Shown here: piece by piece, positions 57,485 to 64,000 of the stretch | Layout of the letters: every line of letters begins with the position of its first letter | How positions within the stretch are numbered: the stretch's first letter is position 1 | From: Rhodospirillaceae bacterium | GTDB taxonomy: Bacteria > Pseudomonadota > Alphaproteobacteria > Rhodospirillales > UBA2165 | NCBI GenBank assembly: GCA_038127535.1 | Contig: JAYPHU010000014.1 | Location: 713 to 64,712 of the forward strand | Direction of reading: 5' to 3' | Length of the DNA stretch: 64,000 nucleotides | Notes under the pieces: generated by a model | Told to the model about the DNA's origin: nothing | Database searches by the model: none | Seen by the model: the letters and a program-made list of their open reading frames with translations, nothing else | Made by a program: the position numbers and the translations under genes

Positions 57485-58591
57485 ATGTTCAAAATACAAA
57501 AGATCGATTCCTATGCTGTCAGTATGCCGCTGAAGTCACCGATCAAGATGGCGGGTATCGTTGTAGAGACGGCAGATAATCTGCTGGTACGCGCAACGGA
57601 CAGCGATGGCAATGTCGGCTGGGGCGAGGCATCGTCCGCACCCACAATGACCGGTGAAACCCCGGAAAGCATGTTGGCCGCAGCGCACTTTATCGCCCCC
57701 CGGATAGAAGGGCTGGAAATCGAAGCCTTGTCCCATATTCACCATCAGGTGGATGCGCCCATGTATGGAAATCACGGGGCCAAAGCGGCGATCGAAATCG
57801 CCCTGCTGGACATCGCTGGCAAGCGGTCAGGTAAGCCGATCTATGAATTACTGGGCGGCGCTCAGCGTGACGAGGCAAGAATATTGGCCATGATCGCCGG
57901 CGGTGACTTGGAGACCGAGAAAGCCAACGCTCGGAAACTGGCTGATGCCGGCTTTGACGCGTTCAAGGTGAAGATCGGCATTCTGGGTGCTGATCTGGAC
58001 CTAGAAAGATCGGCGGCGACAAGAGCTGTTCTTGGTGAAGACGTGCAGATATCCGCCGACGCCAATCAGGGCTATACCCGCGATGACGCTCTGGATTTTG
58101 CCAGAGGCGCTCGGCAGGCGGGGTTAAACTTTATGGAACAGTTGCTGCCGGGTTCGGATATCGAGGGGATGGCTGCCTGTGCCGAGGAAACCGACGTGCC
58201 GCTCGGCGCTGACGAGGGCATTCACAGCCTGAACGATCTGCGCGCCCACAAAGATGCGGGCGCCGCCAAAGGCGCAAGTCTGAAAGCCATTAAACTGGGC
58301 GGGCTGTTCCCGGTGATAGAGGCGGCCAACTGGATGAACGGCAATGGGATGCATATCAATCTGGCCGGAAAGGTCGCCGAATCGACCATCGCCAGCGCCG
58401 CCGTCGCGCATGTTGCTTTGGCTTTGCCGCAGCTGGACTGGGATACGTCTATTACCAATCAGTATCTGGCGGAAGACCTGGCCGATGATTCCTTGAAGAT
58501 CGAAGACGGTGTGGTTCGTCTGGATGATCGGCCCGGACTGGGATGGGAGCCGTCCGAAGAACGGCTCCAGCGATTCCAAATCCTGCAGTAG
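57485..58591 (+). CDS. Enolase superfamily, muconate-lactonizing/dipeptide-epimerase subgroup
   Basis: GWGE, FKVKIG (KxK), DANQ, EQ, DEG metal ligands, KAIKLGG. Confidence 0.9.
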   Translation: MFKIQKIDSYAVSMPLKSPIKMAGIVVETADNLLVRATDSDGNVGWGEASSAPTMTGETPESMLAAAHFIAPRIEGLEIEALSHIHHQVDAPMYGNHGAKAAIEIALLDIAGKRSGKPIYELLGGAQRDEARILAMIAGGDLETEKANARKLADAGFDAFKVKIGILGADLDLERSAATRAVLGEDVQISADANQGYTRDDALDFARGARQAGLNFMEQLLPGSDIEGMAACAEETDVPLGADEGIHSLNDLRAHKDAGAAKGASLKAIKLGGLFPVIEAANWMNGNGMHINLAGKVAESTIASAAVAHVALALPQLDWDTSITNQYLAEDLADDSLKIEDGVVRLDDRPGLGWEPSEERLQRFQILQ

Positions 58592-58594
58592 ATC

Positions 58595-59689
58595 TTAGTC
58601 TATTTTGAACAGCCGCTTGGCGGTGCCGCTGAGGATGCTCTCGATATCCTCGTCGCTGAGACCTTCCGCGCTCAACAAATGCGCCACCGGATTGCGGTTG
58701 GTCATGCCGAAGTCATGGTCCGTGCCGAGCATCAACTGTGACACGCCGACTTCCGTGATCAGATGCTCCAGGTTCTCCGTGCCGTAGACCAGCGTGTCGA
58801 AATAGAGCTGGCGGATATATTCGCTGGGCTTCTTTTTCTCGAGCCCCCGGCCGCCCCGGTCCGCGCTATTATGGCCATGATCAAACCGGCCGATATAAGA
58901 CGGCAGGAACCCACCGCCGTGGGCCGCGGCGATCTTGAGACCCGGGAACCGGTCCAACGTGCCTTCATAAATTAAGTGCGCCAACGCCGTCGCCGTTTCC
59001 AACGGATTGCCTATCATATTGGTCAGGAAGCCTCTGCCGTGTAGGCGCGGCTGCAACTCAGGCTCGATCCGGGGATGGATAAACACCACCACGTCCAGCT
59101 CTTCCGCCTTTTGCCAAAACGGATGGAACTTGGTGTTGGACAGCTCCTCACCCAGGATACTGCCCATGATCATGCAGCCCCGGTGGCCAAGCTCCTTCAC
59201 CGAATGCTCCAACTGCTTGGCTGCCAAATACGGATGCTGCAGAGACACCACGCCTATAGGAACAAACTTGTCCGGGTGGGTGGCGCAGACCTCGCTCAAC
59301 AGTTCGTTCTGCTTGATCGCGATTTCCTCCGCCAGTTCATATTCAGCCCAGGGGAAATGATTCTCGGTGGCGATGCTCAAAACTTCGATGTCCGTCCCCA
59401 TGGCGTCCATCTGCTGCAGCCGGACATCGATGTTCTCGACTTTCTTGAGCTGACCTTCGTAAGGGTTCTGACCGCCCAGCTCCTCCCGGCCCTCAACCAT
59501 GGGCCAAATCTGGGAGAACTGGCAGTGGGCATGCATGTCGATCACCAGAGAACGTTTGCCGTTGATCGAGATCGGCCGGGGCGTCTGCGGTTCAATTGTA
59601 GACGGGTTCCGGTCAAAGGCCGGCTTTTCAGGATGATAGTGAAGTTGGCAGCCGACGAATTCCACACCGGTCGAGTCTTCATCAGACAT
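58595..59689 (-). CDS. Amidohydrolase-2 family protein (ACMSD-like)
   Basis: IDMHAH, FIHP, IGNPLET, HGGGFLP, LGTD. The likely start is ATG 59689. Confidence 0.9.
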   Translation of the reverse strand: MSDEDSTGVEFVGCQLHYHPEKPAFDRNPSTIEPQTPRPISINGKRSLVIDMHAHCQFSQIWPMVEGREELGGQNPYEGQLKKVENIDVRLQQMDAMGTDIEVLSIATENHFPWAEYELAEEIAIKQNELLSEVCATHPDKFVPIGVVSLQHPYLAAKQLEHSVKELGHRGCMIMGSILGEELSNTKFHPFWQKAEELDVVVFIHPRIEPELQPRLHGRGFLTNMIGNPLETATALAHLIYEGTLDRFPGLKIAAAHGGGFLPSYIGRFDHGHNSADRGGRGLEKKKPSEYIRQLYFDTLVYGTENLEHLITEVGVSQLMLGTDHDFGMTNRNPVAHLLSAEGLSDEDIESILSGTAKRLFKID

Positions 59690-59802
59690 TGAGTTCCCCT
59701 GGGTTACGCACATTGAGATTTGCCCAACTGTACTGAATTGGGTTTGCCCGGAAAAGACCGAGGGGATAAATAGGCAGACAAGAAAACAGGGAAGAGAATT
59801 AG

Positions 59803-60004
59803 GTGCCTGACGGAGCTTCAGGAGGACGGCAATCGGTCGGCGTCGATATCGGCGGCACGTTCACCGATCTTGTCGCCATCCGGGACGGCGGGATCGTTGT
59901 CAGCAAATCCTCCACCATCGTGGACGACCCGACCACCGGATGACGCCGACTGTGTGGAGATCGCCGGCATTTCCACTGCCGAGACTAACGAGTTCCTTCA
60001 CTAA
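59803..60004 (+). pseudogene. Hydantoinase/oxoprolinase A-subunit N-terminal remnant
   Basis: GTG 59803 gives VGVDIGGTFTDLVAIRDG...DDPTTG then TGA 59941. A shifted frame continues ADCVEIAGISTAETNEFLH and stops at TAA 60002-60004, where HGTT is expected. Confidence 0.8.
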
Positions 60005-60019
60005 AGACCCTACCTTCAC

Positions 60020-60054
60020 AGAAAAGGCCGGCTCGTTCCCGGCCGGCCCTCTTC
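60020..60054 (-). terminator. Rho-independent terminator of the second TAXI operon
   Basis: Minus strand GGCCGGC-N9-GCCGGCC followed by TTTTCT. Confidence 0.65.
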
Positions 60055-60079
60055 TAACTTTTGTCACTCGATGATCAGA

Positions 60080-61093
60080 CTACATGACCATCTTCGTGGC
60101 TTTGTCGTTTGCCTTCATGGCGTCATCGGTCCACAGGCCCTGGGCCTTGTAGAACTCAACAGCGGCCGGGTGATACGGCACCATCGGGAACAGAGTCACC
60201 GCGGCCTTCTTTTGGAAGCCTTGGAAAACCGGGCTGGATTTGGTGAAGGCGTCGGTGCCTTTCCACAGCGCCTCGGTGATCTTCTTGGCCGTGGCGTTAT
60301 CCATATCCTTACTAGCCTGTAGATAGGTGTCATAGGTGATCAGGTTGGTCGGACCCATGATCCCCAACGGCGGGATCGGCTTCGGGAAGTGGGCCAACTG
60401 CAGACCCGGGAACATCATTTCCCGCATCTTGGCCAGCTTGGCCGGAGAATTGTCGAAGCTCAGGAACCGGACCTTATTCTTGGCATGAATTTCCCGAATG
60501 ATCGGCATGCCGACCGCGCCCCAGCTTGAATCCACCCGGCCCGCGCCGAAGGTCTTGATGCCGTCCACCACGCCGGTGACCGGAACTTTAACCACGTCGT
60601 CCCAAGTGATTCCGCCATTATCGAGGCCCGTCGCAATGGAGTGCGGCAGGGTCGAGTGGCCGCCGAAATCGGAGGTCAGCTTTTTACCCTTGAGATCGCC
60701 GACCTGCTTGATCGGAGAGTCGTTGCGCACGATAAGGCCCAGACGCAGCACGTTCGGCCCGGCGCGAAGGATGCGGTAGTTGGTGCGCTTTTTCTTGGCC
60801 TTGTTGCCGCCGGTGACTTCCAGATAAATGGAGCTGGCGGTGATAACCGCAAGTTTGATTTCACCATTGTTGTGCGCGTCGAGATAGGCGTCAGGGCCGG
60901 CAAACGGCCGCACCACAAAGCGCATGTCGGAATTGTCGGTCAGGGTCTTGGCCATGGCGGTGCCGACCCGGTTCATCAGGCTGCCCTGACGGTCGGTCGC
61001 GATCACCATGGTTTGCGCCTGCGCCACGCCCGCCGCAAAGGTCATCAAACCGGCGCTAATCGCCAGTGCAGTAAATTTCTTGGATACGTACAT
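60080..61093 (-). CDS. TAXI family TRAP solute-binding subunit
   Basis: Signal peptide, IATDRQGS, DLKGKKL, VPYHPAAVEFYK. Confidence 0.9.
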   Translation of the reverse strand: MYVSKKFTALAISAGLMTFAAGVAQAQTMVIATDRQGSLMNRVGTAMAKTLTDNSDMRFVVRPFAGPDAYLDAHNNGEIKLAVITASSIYLEVTGGNKAKKKRTNYRILRAGPNVLRLGLIVRNDSPIKQVGDLKGKKLTSDFGGHSTLPHSIATGLDNGGITWDDVVKVPVTGVVDGIKTFGAGRVDSSWGAVGMPIIREIHAKNKVRFLSFDNSPAKLAKMREMMFPGLQLAHFPKPIPPLGIMGPTNLITYDTYLQASKDMDNATAKKITEALWKGTDAFTKSSPVFQGFQKKAAVTLFPMVPYHPAAVEFYKAQGLWTDDAMKANDKATKMVM

Positions 61094-61211
61094 AAATTAC
61101 CTCCCAAAGGTTGAATACCGTACATACGGCTTGGTGCGAATTGGTGGCGTATTATCAGCCACACTTATAATCATATCAATAGAACAAATAAGGCGGATAG
61201 ATGATCTCGTC

Positions 61212-63188
61212 CTACCCCGCTTCGCCCGCCGGCTGGGACCGCGCCTTCAACTGCATGACTGCAAGACCGGCGGTGATAATCGCCGCGCCGCCAATCATCG
61301 GCCAGGAGAGACCCATCCCCAAAGGAATAACCATGATAATGATGCCGCAAAGCCCGATCAAAACCTGTTCCACCATCGACATGCTCCTGAACATGTAGCC
61401 GGCCATCCCGACCGCCAATAACGCCACGCCGATAGAGGTCTTGATCGTGGCGATAGCGATATCCCCGGCGGACCCCTCAAAGATCAGGCCCGGCTGGAAC
61501 ACAAACACGAACGGCACCACATAGGCCGCGATCCCCATGCGCACCCCAGCTAGGCCGGTCTTCCAGAAATCCGTATTGGCGACGGCACAGGCTGCAAATG
61601 TGGCAATACAGATGGGCGGCGTGATCATCGACAACATGCCGAAGTAGAAGATGAACAGGTGCGCCGCCATTTTCGGAATCCCTGCCTGCTCCAGCGCCGG
61701 CGCTATCAACAGGGCAAGCATGAGATAAATCACGCCCGAGGGCATCCCCATACCGAGGACAATGCAAACAATAGCCGTCATAAGTAGCAGACTCAGAGCA
61801 CTGTCGCCCGCCATTTCGGTCAGCAGCAGAGAGAAGTTGAAGCCCAACGTGGAGATTTGTATGGAGCCGATGATCATACCAGCCAGTGCGGTAATGATCA
61901 CCAGCTCCAGCACGGTCTGCCCTGTTTCCCGCACCGCCAGCCACAATTTGTTCACCGAAGGCCGGGTCGCCGGGTTGAAAAAGGCGACCGCGACGGTCAC
62001 ACCGACCGCCAGCATGGCCGACTCGCCGGGCTCCCACGCCTCTACCAAAAGGGTCCAGATCAACAGGAAAATCGGGATGATGAAGATCCAGCCCCGGGCA
62101 AGGATATTACCCACCGAGGGCGCGTCGGTCGTGTCCACGGGTTTAAGATTTCGCTTCGCCGCTTCCAGGTCCACCTGCATGAACAACGCCAGATAGTACA
62201 TCAGCGCCGGCAACGCGGCAGCGATGATAACCTCGCCGTAGGTTACCCCCATCACATCGACCATCAGGAACGCGACGATGCCCATGACCGGCGGCATGAT
62301 CTGACCGCCCGTGGACGCCACGGCCTCAATGGCGGCAGCTACATGGCCGCGATAGCCGGACTTCCGCATCATCGGGATGGTAATCGGCCCGTCCATAACC
62401 ACGTTAGAGACCGCACTGCCGGAAATGGTGCCGAACAGGCTGGACGCCACCACGGCGACCTTGGCCGGCCCGCCCCGGTACTTACCCATGGTGGTCAGCG
62501 CGAAGTCGTTCAGGAACTTGTCGCCATTGGCCGCGAACAACACCCGGCCAAACAAGATGAACGCGACGATGATGCCGGTTGTCACGTCCAAGGGCGTGCC
62601 CAACAACGCGTTATTGTCGAGATAGAGATACGTGGCGATCCGGTTCAACGGCGTGCTCGGCACATTCAACAAGCCCGGCGCAAGATGAGACAAGGCGGAG
62701 TAGCCAACAAACACTGCCCCCATGATCACCAGCGCCCAGCCTGTCGCCCGGCGGGTAGCCTCGAACACCAGGATCACCGCGGCATACCCGAGGACGATGC
62801 GTTCCGGACGCAACTCCCCGATGGTCTCGACGATATCGCGGTAGGTGGCGACCACGAACAGGCCGCAGATCAAGCAGCCGAGCGCAAACAGCCAGTCGTA
62901 CCAGGGCACCTCGTTGCTGGGGTTTTCCCGGTCCGACTTCAACCCGATGAAGATCGCCGCCATGGCGAGGGCGAAGATCAGCGCCAGGAACTGTTCCTTG
63001 AAAACGGCGAAGCCGATAATGTGATGCAAGTTAATAGACCAGCCGGCACAGAGGATAGTAATCGCCGCCACCAGAAAGTTCTGGATATAGAGCGGGCCGC
63101 CGCTGAGCTGCCGCCACTTGCGGGTGCCCATCAGATCTTCGACCTGCTCTAGGTTTTCTGCGGCCGCAGCCGAATTTTCAGTACTCAT
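61212..63188 (-). CDS. TAXI-TRAP fused 4TM/12TM permease
   Basis: GGPAKVAVVASSLFGTISGSAVSNV, EAVASTGGQIMPPVMG, GMGMPS, ITPPICIA. The likely start is MSTENS at 63188. Confidence 0.92.
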   Translation of the reverse strand: MSTENSAAAAENLEQVEDLMGTRKWRQLSGGPLYIQNFLVAAITILCAGWSINLHHIIGFAVFKEQFLALIFALAMAAIFIGLKSDRENPSNEVPWYDWLFALGCLICGLFVVATYRDIVETIGELRPERIVLGYAAVILVFEATRRATGWALVIMGAVFVGYSALSHLAPGLLNVPSTPLNRIATYLYLDNNALLGTPLDVTTGIIVAFILFGRVLFAANGDKFLNDFALTTMGKYRGGPAKVAVVASSLFGTISGSAVSNVVMDGPITIPMMRKSGYRGHVAAAIEAVASTGGQIMPPVMGIVAFLMVDVMGVTYGEVIIAAALPALMYYLALFMQVDLEAAKRNLKPVDTTDAPSVGNILARGWIFIIPIFLLIWTLLVEAWEPGESAMLAVGVTVAVAFFNPATRPSVNKLWLAVRETGQTVLELVIITALAGMIIGSIQISTLGFNFSLLLTEMAGDSALSLLLMTAIVCIVLGMGMPSGVIYLMLALLIAPALEQAGIPKMAAHLFIFYFGMLSMITPPICIATFAACAVANTDFWKTGLAGVRMGIAAYVVPFVFVFQPGLIFEGSAGDIAIATIKTSIGVALLAVGMAGYMFRSMSMVEQVLIGLCGIIIMVIPLGMGLSWPMIGGAAIITAGLAVMQLKARSQPAGEAG

Positions 63189-63336
63189 GCGCCTACCTGT
63201 GAGAATCGCCGCCTTTTTGAACTGGCTCAAAATTGGTGAGGTCAGCCTAGTATGAATCTCAATTCGAGAAAAGCGTGTCCTAATAGGGGAATGTCGAAAT
63301 ACTTGGAAAGCGCTCGGGAACACAATAAGCTCTCGG

Positions 63337-63351
63337 GAGATTAATAATCTC
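63337..63351. promoter_or_regulatory. Candidate operator palindrome GAGATTA-A-TAATCTC
   Basis: Perfect 7-bp inverted repeat in the TAXI/VOC divergent region. Confidence 0.4.
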
Positions 63352-63368
63352 ATCGACGGGGGCGGCAA

Positions 63369-63890
63369 ATGGATCAAACGACACCCAAATCGGACGTGCG
63401 CAAGAAACCCTTGCTTGATCTGGATTTTCTCTCCCATGGCACGGTGGAATGCTATGACCTGGACGCCACTCGGCGCTTCTATGAAGAGGTTTTGGGCATG
63501 GAGGTGGTGCAGACCAGCGCCCGTTCCATCATGATCCGGCTCAACAGCACGACAACCATCGCCGCCGTCGCCAGCAAAGGCGGCACCAGCGCAGGGCTCT
63601 ACAATCATTTCGGCTTCGACGTGGAGACCAAGGAACAGGTGGATGAGGCTTACCAGAAAGTCATGAAGGTCAAGGACGAGTACGGGATCAAAAAAATCAC
63701 AAAGCCCGTCGGCCAGCACGGCACCTATTCCTTCTATATCGTCGATCTGGATGAGAATTGGTGGGAAATCCTGGAGAACCCCAAAGGCGGCTACACCTAT
63801 GTCTTTGACGTAGATGAGAATGCCGTCGCCTGGCGGGATCAGGATCACGGCCAGGGTCGCCGCGAAAAGTGGGAAGAAAAGAAATCATGA
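63369..63890 (+). CDS. VOC/glyoxalase family protein
   Basis: LSHGTVEC, FYEEVLGMEV, NHFGFDV, SFYIVDLDENWWEI. Confidence 0.88.
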   Translation: MDQTTPKSDVRKKPLLDLDFLSHGTVECYDLDATRRFYEEVLGMEVVQTSARSIMIRLNSTTTIAAVASKGGTSAGLYNHFGFDVETKEQVDEAYQKVMKVKDEYGIKKITKPVGQHGTYSFYIVDLDENWWEILENPKGGYTYVFDVDENAVAWRDQDHGQGRREKWEEKKS

Positions 63891-64000
63891 CCGGCACCGC
63901 AACCCTTTCCGCCGAGGTCAAACCTTTTGACAACGGCGCCGGCGCGGAGATCGCCGGGATTGATCTCTCCCAGCCCCTGCGGGAGGAGGATTTCATTGTC
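63887..64000 (+). CDS. TauD/TfdA family dioxygenase, N-terminal fragment truncated by the window edge
   Basis: ATG overlaps the VOC stop (ATGA). GAEIAGIDLSQPL is the typical TauD N-terminus. Confidence 0.7.
   Translation, partial: MTGTATLSAEVKPFDNGAGAEIAGIDLSQPLREEDFIV

Noticed and set aside
63189-63848. N-terminal 220-aa extension of the 878-aa track ORF
   Set aside because: It lies antisense to the well-supported VOC gene and crosses a promoter region. TAXI homology starts at 63188.
1-64000. CRISPR array, rRNA, tRNA, intact IS elements, or a compositional boundary near 14.7 kb
   Set aside because: No spaced repeats, RNA-gene signatures or transposase ORFs were seen. The left part looked slightly more AT-rich, but I cannot quantify that without computation.

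Overview
A GC-rich, gene-dense bacterial window, most likely from an alphaproteobacterium (inferred from protein families). It is almost entirely devoted to uptake and catabolism of small organic molecules. It holds about 55 intact CDSs and three damaged genes: a tyrosine-recombinase pseudogene at the left edge, a flavin monooxygenase with an in-frame amber codon, and a hydantoinase/oxoprolinase remnant. Transport: one iron/thiamine-type ABC system with two ATPases, one TRAP DctPQM, one NitT/TauT ABC system, tungstate TupBC, a TTT system with a TctA-TctB fusion, two TAXI-TRAP systems, and TauE and EamA proteins. Enzymes: two xanthine-dehydrogenase-family Mo-hydroxylases, a UbiD decarboxylase, three amidohydrolase-2 proteins, cyclase, isochorismatase, two alpha/beta hydrolases, two TauD dioxygenases, an MLE-type enolase, GMC/SDR/AKR/Gfo oxidoreductases, and an acyl-CoA dehydrogenase/CoA-transferase/MaoC/CitE operon. 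Only one regulator (GntR) is visible. The strongest candidates for undescribed pathways are the amidohydrolase-UbiD-Mo-hydroxylase-amidohydrolase operon (31442-39013), the four-gene CoA cleavage operon (47827-51499), and a signal-peptide-less binding-protein-fold protein (30366-31232). I saw no rRNA, tRNA or CRISPR array. All family calls come from motif recognition by eye; no database search was run, and substrates are hypotheses.
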